Counted from the first letter of the stretch, positions 15,877-25,683 are shown. The stretch is DNA of 32,000 nt from Rhodobacter capsulatus SB 1003 (GCF_000021865.1 NC_014034.1:2940001-2972000), one strand, 5' to 3'. The notes: generated by a model not told the origin, from the sequence alone. Program-made: numbers and translations.

Positions 15877-15891
15877 ACTTGAATTTCAAGT
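15877..15891. promoter_or_regulatory. Perfect 7-1-7 inverted repeat just upstream of the petA SD
   Basis: ACTTGAA-T-TTCAAGT, A/T-rich, 20 nt before the petA GTG. Confidence 0.3.
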
Positions 15892-15911
15892 TCGGGGAAG
15901 GGAGAAGACAC

Positions 15912-16487
15912 GTGTCCCACGCAGAAGACAACGCAGGCACTCGGAGGGATTTCCTCTATCATGCCACCGCCGCCACCGGGGTGGTGGTGACCGGCGCGGC
16001 CGTCTGGCCGTTGATCAACCAAATGAACGCTTCGGCCGACGTCAAGGCGATGGCATCGATCTTCGTCGATGTCTCGGCGGTCGAGGTGGGCACCCAGCTG
16101 ACCGTGAAATGGCGCGGCAAGCCGGTGTTCATCCGGCGTCGCGACGAAAAGGACATCGAGCTGGCCCGCTCGGTGCCGCTTGGGGCGCTGCGCGACACCT
16201 CGGCGGAGAACGCGAACAAGCCGGGCGCCGAGGCGACCGACGAAAACCGCACGCTTCCGGCCTTTGACGGCACCAACACCGGCGAGTGGCTGGTGATGCT
16301 TGGCGTGTGCACCCACCTCGGCTGCGTGCCGATGGGCGACAAGTCGGGTGATTTCGGCGGCTGGTTCTGCCCCTGCCACGGCTCGCACTACGATTCGGCG
16401 GGCCGCATCCGCAAGGGTCCCGCGCCGCGCAACCTCGACATTCCGGTCGCGGCCTTCGTCGACGAAACCACGATCAAGCTGGGCTGA
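15912..16487 (+). CDS. petA: Ubiquinol-cytochrome c reductase Rieske iron-sulfur subunit
   Basis: GTG start behind GGGAGAAG. 191 aa with TAT motif TRRDFLY, CTHLGC and CPCHGS boxes, and Cys133/His135 numbering as in R. capsulatus. Confidence 0.97.
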
Positions 16488-16499
16488 GGGGAAAGACAC

Positions 16500-17813
16500 A
16501 TGTCCGGAATTCCGCACGACCATTACGAGCCCAAGACGGGCATCGAGAAGTGGCTGCACGACCGCCTGCCGATCGTCGGCCTTGTCTATGACACCATCAT
16601 GATCCCGACGCCGAAGAACCTGAACTGGTGGTGGATCTGGGGGATCGTCCTTGCCTTCACGCTGGTGCTGCAGATCGTCACCGGCATCGTGCTGGCGATG
16701 CACTACACGCCGCATGTCGACCTGGCCTTCGCCTCGGTCGAGCACATCATGCGCGACGTGAACGGTGGCTGGGCGATGCGCTACATCCACGCCAACGGCG
16801 CCTCGCTTTTCTTCCTGGCCGTCTACATCCACATCTTCCGCGGTCTCTACTACGGCTCCTACAAGGCCCCGCGCGAGATCACCTGGATCGTCGGCATGGT
16901 CATCTATCTGCTGATGATGGGCACCGCCTTCATGGGCTACGTGCTGCCGTGGGGCCAGATGTCGTTCTGGGGCGCCACCGTGATCACCGGCCTGTTTGGC
17001 GCGATCCCGGGCATCGGGCCGAGCATCCAGGCCTGGCTGCTGGGCGGGCCGGCCGTCGACAACGCGACGCTGAACCGCTTCTTCTCGCTGCACTATCTGC
17101 TGCCCTTCGTGATCGCGGCGCTGGTCGCCATCCACATCTGGGCCTTCCACACCACCGGCAACAACAACCCGACCGGGGTTGAAGTCCGCCGCACCTCGAA
17201 AGCCGATGCCGAAAAGGACACCCTGCCCTTCTGGCCGTATTTCGTGATCAAGGACCTGTTCGCGCTGGCCCTCGTGCTGCTCGGCTTCTTCGCCGTCGTC
17301 GCCTACATGCCGAACTACCTCGGCCACCCGGACAACTACGTCCAGGCCAACCCGCTCTCGACCCCGGCGCATATCGTTCCGGAATGGTACTTCCTGCCGT
17401 TCTACGCGATCCTGCGCGCCTTTGCCGCCGACGTCTGGGTGGTGATCCTGGTCGATGGCCTGACCTTCGGCATCGTCGATGCGAAGTTCTTCGGCGTGAT
17501 CGCGATGTTCGGCGCCATCGCCGTGATGGCTCTGGCTCCGTGGCTCGACACCTCCAAGGTCCGTTCGGGCGCCTATCGTCCGAAGTTCCGGATGTGGTTC
17601 TGGTTCCTCGTGCTCGACTTCGTGGTGCTGACCTGGGTGGGCGCGATGCCGACCGAGTATCCCTATGACTGGATCTCGCTCATCGCTTCGACCTACTGGT
17701 TCGCCTACTTCCTCGTGATCCTGCCGCTTCTGGGCGCGACCGAGAAACCGGAACCGATCCCGGCCTCGATCGAGGAAGACTTCAACAGCCACTACGGCAA
17801 TCCGGCCGAGTGA
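16500..17813 (+). CDS. petB: Cytochrome b
   Basis: 437 aa with heme-ligand histidines in the TM helices (e.g. MHY.., RYIHANGAS), the PEWYFLPFY motif, and an SD 8 nt upstream. Confidence 0.97.
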
Positions 17814-17830
17814 GGAAAGGAACCGACATC

Positions 17831-18670
17831 ATGAAAAAACTTCTGATCTCTGCGGTTTCGGCCCTGGTGCTCGGCTCTGGCGCGGCCTTTGCGAACTCCA
17901 ACGTTCCGGATCACGCCTTCAGCTTCGAAGGGATCTTCGGCAAGTACGATCAGGCGCAGCTGCGCCGCGGCTTCCAGGTCTACAACGAAGTCTGCTCGGC
18001 CTGCCACGGCATGAAGTTCGTGCCGATCCGCACGCTGGCCGATGACGGCGGCCCGCAGCTCGACCCGACCTTCGTGCGGGAATATGCGGCCGGCCTCGAC
18101 ACGATCATCGACAAGGACTCGGGCGAAGAGCGCGACCGCAAGGAAACCGACATGTTCCCGACCCGCGTCGGCGACGGCATGGGCCCGGACCTGTCGGTGA
18201 TGGCGAAGGCGCGGGCGGGCTTCTCGGGCCCGGCCGGTTCCGGCATGAACCAGCTCTTCAAGGGCATGGGCGGTCCGGAATACATCTACAACTACGTCAT
18301 CGGTTTCGAAGAAAACCCGGAATGCGCCCCGGAAGGGATCGATGGCTACTACTACAACAAGACCTTCCAGATCGGCGGCGTGCCGGACACCTGCAAGGAC
18401 GCCGCGGGCGTGAAGATCACCCACGGCAGCTGGGCGCGCATGCCCCCGCCGCTGGTGGATGATCAGGTCACCTACGAGGACGGCACCCCGGCCACCGTCG
18501 ATCAGATGGCCCAGGACGTCTCGGCCTTCCTGATGTGGGCCGCGGAACCGAAACTGGTGGCGCGCAAGCAGATGGGTCTGGTCGCGATGGTCATGCTCGG
18601 CCTGCTGAGCGTGATGCTTTACCTGACCAACAAGCGTCTTTGGGCGCCCTACAAGGGCCACAAGGCCTGA
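17831..18670 (+). CDS. petC: Cytochrome c1
   Basis: Start at ATG 17831 ([21 protein letters not shown] signal peptide). CSACHGM heme site and a C-terminal TM anchor. 279 aa. Confidence 0.95.
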   Translation: MKKLLISAVSALVLGSGAAFANSNVPDHAFSFEGIFGKYDQAQLRRGFQVYNEVCSACHGMKFVPIRTLADDGGPQLDPTFVREYAAGLDTIIDKDSGEERDRKETDMFPTRVGDGMGPDLSVMAKARAGFSGPAGSGMNQLFKGMGGPEYIYNYVIGFEENPECAPEGIDGYYYNKTFQIGGVPDTCKDAAGVKITHGSWARMPPPLVDDQVTYEDGTPATVDQMAQDVSAFLMWAAEPKLVARKQMGLVAMVMLGLLSVMLYLTNKRLWAPYKGHKA

Positions 18671-18693
18671 GAGACGCCGGACAGCTGAAACGG

Positions 18694-18724
18694 AAACGCG
18701 CCCCACGGGGCGCGTTTTGCTTTT
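18694..18724 (+). terminator. Rho-independent terminator of petABC
   Basis: AAACGCGCCCC-ACG-GGGCGCGTTTTGCTTTT, 24 nt after the petC stop. Confidence 0.8.
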
Positions 18725-18751
18725 CCGCAACGGGAGAGACGACAGGCCGCC

Positions 18752-18779
18752 GGGGGGGACCCTGGGGGGCTGGGGGGGG
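18752..18779 (+). other. Clustered G-tracts (G7-N5-G6-N2-G8), G-quadruplex-prone
   Basis: cGGGGGGGaccctGGGGGGctGGGGGGGGc, between the petC terminator and the convergent TetR stop codon. Confidence 0.5.
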
Positions 18780-18789
18780 CCCTGCCCGC

Positions 18790-19416
18790 TCAGCCGCGGG
18801 CGCCGTAACGGGCGAGAAACATCTCGATCGCGCCCTCGATCACCCGGTCGCGGCGCGCGGGCGGATAATCCGAGGTCACGCCACACAGGAAGCCGTGATA
18901 GGCATCGACCTTGCACAGCTCGGCGAACTGATCGGCGGCCAGATCGAAATCCTCGATCACCAGATCGCCCCGCGCCACCGCCGTCCGCAGATATTCGACC
19001 ATGCGCGCGCGCACCAGAAGCGGCCCCGAGGCATAGAACTGCTGGCCAAGCGCCGGAAAGCGGTCGGTCTCGGCCATGCACAGCCGATAGGTCTGCAGCC
19101 CCAGCGGCGAGGTGATGTAATCGATCAGCTTGTGGCCCGCATAGCGCAGCACCTCGCGCACCGGCCTGTCGCCCGCATTGATGAATTCCAGCGCTTCATC
19201 GGCCTGGCGCTGGCATTCGCCCGTCGCGATCGCCATGAACAGCAGCCGCTTGTCCGGGAAATAGCTGTAGAGTGTCGCCTTGGACACCCCCGCCTCGCGC
19301 GCGATGTCATCGACCGAAGCGCCCTCGAACCCGTCGCGCAGAAACACTTTCCGCGCGCCGTCAAGGACCTGGTCGAACTTGCGTCCCTTCTTGATACCGA
19401 CTTGAACCTGCGTCAT
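18790..19416 (-). CDS. TetR/AcrR family transcriptional regulator
   Basis: 208 aa. N-terminal HTH FLRDGFEGASVDDIAREAGVSKATLYSYFPDK. GGAGG SD. Confidence 0.9.
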   Translation of the reverse strand: MTQVQVGIKKGRKFDQVLDGARKVFLRDGFEGASVDDIAREAGVSKATLYSYFPDKRLLFMAIATGECQRQADEALEFINAGDRPVREVLRYAGHKLIDYITSPLGLQTYRLCMAETDRFPALGQQFYASGPLLVRARMVEYLRTAVARGDLVIEDFDLAADQFAELCKVDAYHGFLCGVTSDYPPARRDRVIEGAIEMFLARYGARG

Positions 19417-19552
19417 GACAAGCCCGCCTCCACGGGCGTCTTACCTTAGACCCTGGCCGGACCACGGGCAAGCCGCGCCGCTGCGCCGCCCGGTTGCGAC
19501 GGCGGCGCCATCCGGCCCTTGCCCCCGCGCCCGGGCACGCTAGACTGAGGCC

Positions 19553-19996
19553 ATGTTCAAATTCCTGACGGGCCTTCTGGCCGATCCGCATCCGAAGCCG
19601 CTGACCGCGGATGACGCCGACCTTGCGCTGGCGGCGCTTCTTGTGCGGCTCGCACGCGCGGATGACCGCTATGACGAGGACGAGCGTTTCCACATCGATC
19701 AGGTGCTTTGCGCACGTTCCGGCCTGTCGCAGGCCGAGGCGGCCGAGCTGCGCGCCCGCGCCGAGGCGCTGGAAGCCGAGGCCCCCGACACCGTGCGCTT
19801 CACCCGCGCGCTGAAGGACAAGATCGCCTATGAAGACCGCATCGGCGTGATCGAGGCGCTGTGGCAGGTGGCGCTGGCCGATGACGCGCGCAACCCCGAG
19901 GAAGACGCGCTGATCCGCCTCGCCGCCCGGTTGCTGGGCGTGTCCGACCGCGATTCGGGTCTGGCGCGGCAAAGGGTAGCGGCCGGGCTTTGCTGA
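19553..19996 (+). CDS. TerB-family (tellurite-resistance-like) protein
   Basis: 147 aa. ALAALLVRLARADDRYDEDE ... ALWQVALADDARNPEEDALIRLAARLLGV is the duplicated acidic TerB helix pattern. Confidence 0.75.
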   Translation: MFKFLTGLLADPHPKPLTADDADLALAALLVRLARADDRYDEDERFHIDQVLCARSGLSQAEAAELRARAEALEAEAPDTVRFTRALKDKIAYEDRIGVIEALWQVALADDARNPEEDALIRLAARLLGVSDRDSGLARQRVAAGLC

Positions 19997-20130
19997 CCCG
20001 GGGCATTGCCCGATCTTGCGGCATCTGCCCGGGCTTTTGGCGGCTTCCCCGGCGACAGACGCAAGTCGCCCGTTGCATTTGCCCCCGAAATCGCGCCAAC
20101 TTGACCGACCGGACAAAGAGAAGCCGCAAA

Positions 20131-20928
20131 GTGACCAACAGCCCGACTGCCCCGATCCAAGCCGCGCCCGTCATCGAAATCAGGGACCTGCACAAGAGCT
20201 ACGGCGCCCTTGAAGTGCTCAAGGGCGTGTCGATCCGTGCCGAACGCGGCACGGTCGTGTCGCTGATCGGCTCTTCGGGCTCCGGCAAATCGACGCTTTT
20301 GCGCTGCTGCAACCTGCTCGAGGACAGCCAGTCCGGCGAGGTGATCTTTTCGGGCGAGGCGGTGACCTGGACCGGCACCGGCCTTGCGCGCCGCCCCGCC
20401 GACCGGGCGCAGGTAACGCGGTTTCGCACCAACCTGTCGATGGTGTTCCAGCAGTTCAACCTCTGGAGCCACATGACGATCCTGCAAAATGTCATGGAAG
20501 CGCCGGTGACGGTTCTGGGCCGCAAACCGGCCGAAGTCGAACCGCTCGCCCGCAGCCTTCTGGCCAAGGTCGGCATCGGCGACAAAGCCGACGCCTGGCC
20601 CGCGCAGCTCTCGGGCGGCCAGCAGCAACGCGCCGCCATCGCCCGCGCGCTCTGCATGCAGCCGCAGGCGCTTTTGTTCGACGAGCCGACCTCGGCGCTC
20701 GATCCCGAATTGCAGCAGGAAGTGGTCAGGGTGATCAAGGATCTGGCCGCCGAACATCGCACGATGATCCTTGTGACGCATGACATGCGGCTTGCGGCCG
20801 ATGTCTCCGATCATGTCGTTTTCCTGCATCAGGGCCGGATCGAGGAAGAGGGCCCGCCCGAGACCCTGTTTGGCGCGCCGAAATCGGAACGTCTGAAGCA
20901 ATTCCTGTCGGCGACGCTGCCGGCGTAA
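20131..20928 (+). CDS. Polar amino acid/opine ABC transporter, ATP-binding protein
   Basis: Walker A GSSGSGKST, signature LSGGQQQR, Walker B LLFDEPTSALD. The GTG 20131 start is chosen by N-terminal length; an in-frame TTG at 20101 is an alternative. Confidence 0.88.
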   Translation: MTNSPTAPIQAAPVIEIRDLHKSYGALEVLKGVSIRAERGTVVSLIGSSGSGKSTLLRCCNLLEDSQSGEVIFSGEAVTWTGTGLARRPADRAQVTRFRTNLSMVFQQFNLWSHMTILQNVMEAPVTVLGRKPAEVEPLARSLLAKVGIGDKADAWPAQLSGGQQQRAAIARALCMQPQALLFDEPTSALDPELQQEVVRVIKDLAAEHRTMILVTHDMRLAADVSDHVVFLHQGRIEEEGPPETLFGAPKSERLKQFLSATLPA

Positions 20929-20962
20929 GAAGAACAACAAGACCCCAACCGTGGAGAGAGCC

Positions 20963-21682
20963 ATGAAGAAGCTGATCCTGACCGTCGCCGCGCTGGCGCT
21001 GAGCGCAGGCACCGCCCTTGCGGGCGATGTCGTGCGCATGGGCACCGAGGGCGCCTATCCTCCCTACAACTTCATCAACGACAAGGGCGAGGTGGACGGG
21101 TTCGAACGCGAACTGGGCGACACGCTTTGCGCCAAGGCCGCGCTGAAATGCGAGTGGGTGACGAATGAATGGGACAGCATCATCCCGAACCTGCTCTCGG
21201 GCAACTATGACACGATCATCGCGGGCATGAGCATCACCGACGAGCGCAAGCAGACGATCGATTTCAGCGACAATTACAACCCGCCCGCCGCCTCGGCCTA
21301 TGTGGCGACCAAGGCGGATGCCGATCTCAAGGGCGTCGTCGCGGCGCAGGTGGGCACGATCCAGGCCGATTACGTGGCGAAATCGGGCGCGACGCTTCTG
21401 GAATTCCCGACGCTCGATGACACCATTGCCGCGGTGAAGAACGGCGAGGCCGATGCGGTCTTTGCCGACAAGGACGCGCTCAAGCCCTTCGTCACCGAGG
21501 GCGGCGAGATCATGTGGACCGGGTCCGACGTGCCGCTGGGCGGCGGCATCGGCATCGGCCTGCGCAAGTCGGACACCGAGCTGAAGGCGAAGTTCAACAC
21601 CGCCATCGCCGCGATGAAAGCCGACGGCTCGCTGAATGCGATGATCAAGAAGTGGTTCGGCGACGACGCGCCGGTGTTCTGA
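20963..21682 (+). CDS. Periplasmic substrate-binding protein, His/Lys/Arg/Orn/opine (family 3) type
   Basis: ATG 20963 follows GGAGAGAG. Signal peptide MKKLILTVAALALSAGTALA. GTEGAYPPYNF...WDSIIP.L..GNYD.IIAGMSIT.ER pattern. Confidence 0.9.
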   Translation: MKKLILTVAALALSAGTALAGDVVRMGTEGAYPPYNFINDKGEVDGFERELGDTLCAKAALKCEWVTNEWDSIIPNLLSGNYDTIIAGMSITDERKQTIDFSDNYNPPAASAYVATKADADLKGVVAAQVGTIQADYVAKSGATLLEFPTLDDTIAAVKNGEADAVFADKDALKPFVTEGGEIMWTGSDVPLGGGIGIGLRKSDTELKAKFNTAIAAMKADGSLNAMIKKWFGDDAPVF

Positions 21683-21688
21683 GAAAGA

Positions 21689-21761
21689 GCCTCCGGCGGG
21701 CGTATTGGACCGAGGAGAGCCCCGGGTTTCTTCTTGGTGCAAATACGCCCCCGCCGGAGGC
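21689..21761. repeat. Composite palindromic intergenic element, copy 3 of 5 (short form, intra-operonic)
   Basis: GCCTCCGGCGGG-CGTATTGGACCGAGGAGA...TTTCTTCTTGGTGCAAATACG-CCCCCGCCGGAGGC. The right arm contains GGAGG, 12 nt before the permease ATG. Confidence 0.75.
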
Positions 21762-21772
21762 GCCCCTGACCC

Positions 21773-22654
21773 ATGTTCGACATCTGCGCCGATCCGAAAT
21801 CCCTCGAGGGCCTGGCCTGGGCTCTGTGCTACCTGACCACGGGCAAGCATCTGCTGTTTTATGGCTCGTTCTTCGTGGTTCTGGCGCTGATGCTGATCGT
21901 GGCGCCGATCGCGCTGGCTTTCGGCTTTGGCGGCGCGATTGCGGCGCGCTCCTCCGTGCTGCCGCTGCGCCTGTTCGGCAAGGCCTATACGGCGATGGTG
22001 CGCGGCGTGCCCGACATCGTGTTTTTCCTGTTCGTGCCCGTGGCGATGGACCAGGGGCTGGAATATCTGCGCCATCTCTGGGCCTGCCCGCCCTCTGACG
22101 GTCCGGTCTGGTCGAACGGCGAATTCGCCGTCTGCGCCGCGGCAAAGCTGCCGCTCTCGACCGCGCCGCAGATCTGGCACGAGATCTACGGCTTCGGCCT
22201 GGCCGTGATTGCCTTTTCCATCGTCTTCGGCGCCTTTGCCGCCAATGTGCTTTACGGCGCGATGAATGCGGTGCCAAAGGCACAGCTGGAAACCGCCGAG
22301 GCCTATGGCATGACCACCGCGCAGGTGCGGTCCCGCATCCTGATCCCGCAGATGTGGACCTATGCGCTGCCCGGCCTGTCCAACCTCTGGATGATCCTGA
22401 TCAAGGCGACGCCGCTTCTGTTCCTGCTCGGCGTCGAGGACATCGTCTATTGGGCGCGGGAACTTGGCGCCACGAAATCGGCCCTTTACGACTATCCGCA
22501 TGGCGACTGGCGCGTCTGGTATGTGCTGGCGCTGCTTGTCTATTACCTGGGCATGACCAAGGTTTCGGAACGCGTGCTGGACCGGGTGACCAACCGTCTG
22601 TCCAAGGGACAGGCGACGATGGCGGGCGAAGCGCAACGGAAGGCCGCGGCATGA
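21773..22654 (+). CDS. ABC transporter permease (HisQ/OccQ-like), with an enlarged Cys-containing loop
   Basis: 293 aa, multiple TM spans, EAA loop AQLETAEAYGMTTAQVRSRILIPQM. Confidence 0.9.
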   Translation: MFDICADPKSLEGLAWALCYLTTGKHLLFYGSFFVVLALMLIVAPIALAFGFGGAIAARSSVLPLRLFGKAYTAMVRGVPDIVFFLFVPVAMDQGLEYLRHLWACPPSDGPVWSNGEFAVCAAAKLPLSTAPQIWHEIYGFGLAVIAFSIVFGAFAANVLYGAMNAVPKAQLETAEAYGMTTAQVRSRILIPQMWTYALPGLSNLWMILIKATPLLFLLGVEDIVYWARELGATKSALYDYPHGDWRVWYVLALLVYYLGMTKVSERVLDRVTNRLSKGQATMAGEAQRKAAA

Positions 22655-23484
22655 GCGACAGCTGCACGCAGATCATCGCGGATTACGCCTTCCGCTCGCT
22701 GGGCTATGGCAAGCGCGTGCTGCCGCGCAGTGACTTCACGCTCTGCCATGAATTCACCCTGATCGGCTCGGGGCTGATCTGGAACGTCTATTTCGGCACG
22801 CTGGCGCTGTTTTTCGGCTTCTTCGCCGCCACGGCGCTGGCGCTGGCCAAGGCCTCGCCCCGGGGCTGGCTGCGCCGCCCGGCCGAGGCCTTCATCTTCG
22901 TCTTCCGCGGCTCGCCGCTTTTCATCCAGTTCTTCCTGGCCTACGAGATCCTGGTGCAGCTGCCGAAAGCGGGGATCACGCTGGGCGGGCTGATCATCCC
23001 GACCGACTGGACCACCTCGGCCTGGGCGGGGGCGCTTCTGGTTCTGTTTCTCAACACCTCCGCCTATTCGGCCGAGATCTTCCACGGCGCGCTGATGGCA
23101 GTGCCCAAGGGCGACATCGAGGCCGCCGATGCCTATGGCCTGACCGGCTGGCAGAAGTTCCGCCGCATTCTCTGGCCCACGACCTTGCGCCTGGCCTGGC
23201 CCGCCTATACCAACGAGGCGATCTTTCTGTTTCACGCGACGACGATCGTCTTCTTCTCCGGCTTTCCGGCGTATCAGCAGCGCGGCGACGCGCTTTATTA
23301 CGCCAAGTTCTTCGCGGACAAGACTTTCAACCCATTCATCCCCTACCCGATTGCCGCCTTCTACTTCATTCTGGTCACGTTGACGCTGATCGGGTTGTTC
23401 GGGATGATCAACCGCCGTCTGAACCGGCATCTTCCGGGGCAATCCCGCCCCAAGCTGAGGATCAGACCGCAAATCATCAGGTGA
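22651..23484 (+). CDS. ABC transporter permease (HisM/OccM-like)
   Basis: ATG 22651 overlaps the upstream TGA (ATGA). EAA loop GDIEAADAYGLTGWQKFRRILWP. 277 aa. Confidence 0.9.
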   Translation: MSDSCTQIIADYAFRSLGYGKRVLPRSDFTLCHEFTLIGSGLIWNVYFGTLALFFGFFAATALALAKASPRGWLRRPAEAFIFVFRGSPLFIQFFLAYEILVQLPKAGITLGGLIIPTDWTTSAWAGALLVLFLNTSAYSAEIFHGALMAVPKGDIEAADAYGLTGWQKFRRILWPTTLRLAWPAYTNEAIFLFHATTIVFFSGFPAYQQRGDALYYAKFFADKTFNPFIPYPIAAFYFILVTLTLIGLFGMINRRLNRHLPGQSRPKLRIRPQIIR

Positions 23485-23488
23485 GGAC

Positions 23489-24820
23489 ATGGACTGGCTG
23501 AAGGAGCATCCCGAGGTGCGCACCATTCGCGTGGCTGCGGCGGACCTCAACGGGGTGGCAAGGGGTAAGCGCATACCCGCACGTTTCGCAAGCAAGGTTT
23601 TTTCCGAGGGAACACGGTTTCCGTTCTCGGTGATGAACCTCGACATCTGGGGCGAGGACATCGAGGAAAGTCCGCTGGTGTTTGAAACCGGCGACTGCGA
23701 TGGCCTGTTGCGCCCGACCGAGAGGGGCTTCATGCCGATGCCCTGGCTCGAGGCACCGACGGCGCTTCTGCCGATCTGGATGTTTCACATGGATGGCCGC
23801 CCCTATTCGGGCGATCCACGGCAGGCGCTGGCGCGGGTCAAGGACCGCTACACCGAAAAGGGCCTGACGCCCGTGGTGGCGACGGAACTTGAATTCTTCC
23901 TGATCGACGACAGCGGCACGAAGCTGCGCGTGCCGCCCTCGCCCCGTTCCGGCAAGCGCCGCACCGGGGGGGAAATCCTGTCGCTGCGGGCGCTTGACGC
24001 CTTTGACGGCTTCTTCACCGCGCTTTACGAGGCCTGCGAGGTGATGGACATTCCCGCAGATACGGCGATTTCCGAGGCCGGCCCGGGGCAGTTCGAGATC
24101 AACCTGATGCATCAGGCCGATCCGCTGAAGGCCGCCGATGACACCTGGCTGTTCAAGATGCTGGTCAAGGGTCTGGCGCGGCAGCACGGCTTTGCCGCCT
24201 CGTTCATGGCGAAACCCTATGATCTGTGGTCGGGCAACGGGATGCACACGCATTTCTCGATCCTCGATCAGAACGGCGAGAACATCTTCAACGATGGCAC
24301 CGAAAAGGGCTCGGATGCGCTGCGGTCCGCGGTGGCGGGCTGTCTGGCGGCGCTGCCGGGATCGACGCTGATCTTTGCGCCGCATCAGAACAGCTACACC
24401 CGGCTGGTGCCCAATGCCCATGCGCCCACGGGCATCGGCTGGGCCTATGAGAACCGCACCGCGGCCTTGCGGATCCCGTCTTCGGGGCCCGCGGCGCGGC
24501 GGATCGAGCATCGGGTGGCGGGGGGCGACGTGAACCCCTATCTGATGATCGCGGCGATCCTTGGTGCGGCGCTGGTCGGGCTTGAAGACAAGATGGTCCC
24601 CGACGAGCCGATCGTCGGCAATGCCTATGCGCAATATCTGCCGCAGCTGCCCGCAACGTGGAACCTCGCGATCAACCAGTTCGACAGCTGCCCGCTGATC
24701 AAGCGCATCTTCGAAGAAGAGCTGATCGAGAACTTCCTGATGACCAAGCGTCAGGAGATCCACTACATGGCGGAACTGTCCGAAGAAGAGCAGACCGAGC
24801 TTTACCTCGACACCGTCTGA
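23489..24820 (+). CDS. Glutamine synthetase family protein (gamma-glutamyl-amine ligase candidate, PuuA/PauA-like), paralog 1
   Basis: 443 aa with ATELEFFL and MAKPYDLWSGNGMHTHFS (GS ATP-binding region). The SD GAGGA overlaps the permease stop. Confidence 0.88.
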   Translation: MDWLKEHPEVRTIRVAAADLNGVARGKRIPARFASKVFSEGTRFPFSVMNLDIWGEDIEESPLVFETGDCDGLLRPTERGFMPMPWLEAPTALLPIWMFHMDGRPYSGDPRQALARVKDRYTEKGLTPVVATELEFFLIDDSGTKLRVPPSPRSGKRRTGGEILSLRALDAFDGFFTALYEACEVMDIPADTAISEAGPGQFEINLMHQADPLKAADDTWLFKMLVKGLARQHGFAASFMAKPYDLWSGNGMHTHFSILDQNGENIFNDGTEKGSDALRSAVAGCLAALPGSTLIFAPHQNSYTRLVPNAHAPTGIGWAYENRTAALRIPSSGPAARRIEHRVAGGDVNPYLMIAAILGAALVGLEDKMVPDEPIVGNAYAQYLPQLPATWNLAINQFDSCPLIKRIFEEELIENFLMTKRQEIHYMAELSEEEQTELYLDTV

Positions 24821-24828
24821 GAAAGGCC

Positions 24829-24940
24829 GGGGGGCGCAAGCCCCCCGGACCCCCTGCGCGTATTTCGACCAAGAAGAAGGCAGGCGCCTTGCTTTTTGAT
24901 CAAATATCCGAGGGGGCACCCAAGGGGCCGACGGCCCCCC
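24829..24940. repeat. Composite palindromic intergenic element, copy 4 of 5 (intra-operonic)
   Basis: GGGGGGCGCAAGCCCCCC-GGA-CCCCCTGCGCGTATTTCGACCAAGAAGAA ... TTGCTTTTTGATCAAATATCCGAGGGGG ... GGGGCCGACGGCCCC. Starts 9 nt after the GS-like stop. Confidence 0.8.
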
Positions 24941-24994
24941 TTGCCCGGGTCGCGCCGCAGGGCTACGCTTGGGCCACCCAATCACGAGACCTTC

Positions 24995-25681
24995 ATGCGT
25001 ATCGGCATCTTGCAGACCGGCCAATCCCCCGACGTGTTGCGGGGGGAGGCGGGCGATTATCCCGACATGTTCGTGGCGCTGTTGCGCGACCACGGGCTGA
25101 CGTTTCAGACTTTCAACGTCGAGGCGATGGACTTTCCCGCCTCGGTGCAGGACTGCGAGGGCTGGCTGATCACCGGCTCGCGGCATGGTGCCTATGAAAG
25201 CCATCCGTTCATCGCGCCGCTGGAGGCGTTCATCCGCCAGGCGATCGCGGAAAAGGTGCCGATGGTGGGCATCTGCTTTGGCCATCAGATCATCGCCCAG
25301 GCGATGGGCGGCAAGGTCGAGCGGTTCCCCGGCGGCTGGGCCGTCGGCCCGCAGACCTATGATTTCGGCGGCGATCCGGTGGTGCTGAACGCCTGGCACC
25401 GCGATCAGGTGACCGCGCGCCCCGAGGGCGCGCAGGTCATCGCCTGCAACGACTTTTGCGAGAATGCCGCGCTGGTTTACGGCGACAGCGCCCTGACGAT
25501 CCAGGCGCATCCGGAATTCCGCGACGCCTTTGTCGAGGGGCTGATGGCGACGCGCGGCCCGGGTCTTGTCCCCGATCCGCTGATGGCCGAGGCCCGCGCA
25601 AAAATGGCCGCGGGCAAGGGCACCGATTCCGCCCGCATCGCCGAGCGCATCGCCGCCTTCTTCCGCGCGAAGCGGGGCTGA
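24995..25681 (+). CDS. Class I glutamine amidotransferase-like protein
   Basis: MRIGILQTG..., nucleophile elbow GICFGHQ and a HPE triad remnant. 228 aa. Weak SD. Confidence 0.82.
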   Translation: MRIGILQTGQSPDVLRGEAGDYPDMFVALLRDHGLTFQTFNVEAMDFPASVQDCEGWLITGSRHGAYESHPFIAPLEAFIRQAIAEKVPMVGICFGHQIIAQAMGGKVERFPGGWAVGPQTYDFGGDPVVLNAWHRDQVTARPEGAQVIACNDFCENAALVYGDSALTIQAHPEFRDAFVEGLMATRGPGLVPDPLMAEARAKMAAGKGTDSARIAERIAAFFRAKRG

Positions 25682-25683
25682 TC

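Noticed and set aside
15696-17792. 698-aa ORF antisense to petA/petB
   Set aside because: The + strand encodes textbook Rieske and cytochrome b proteins. The antisense product is Arg/His/Asp/Gly-rich with no domain.
17792-19449. ORFs 17792..19081 (-) and 18535..19449 (+)
   Set aside because: They are shadows of petC and of the TetR gene respectively. They also cross an intrinsic terminator and the G-tract region.
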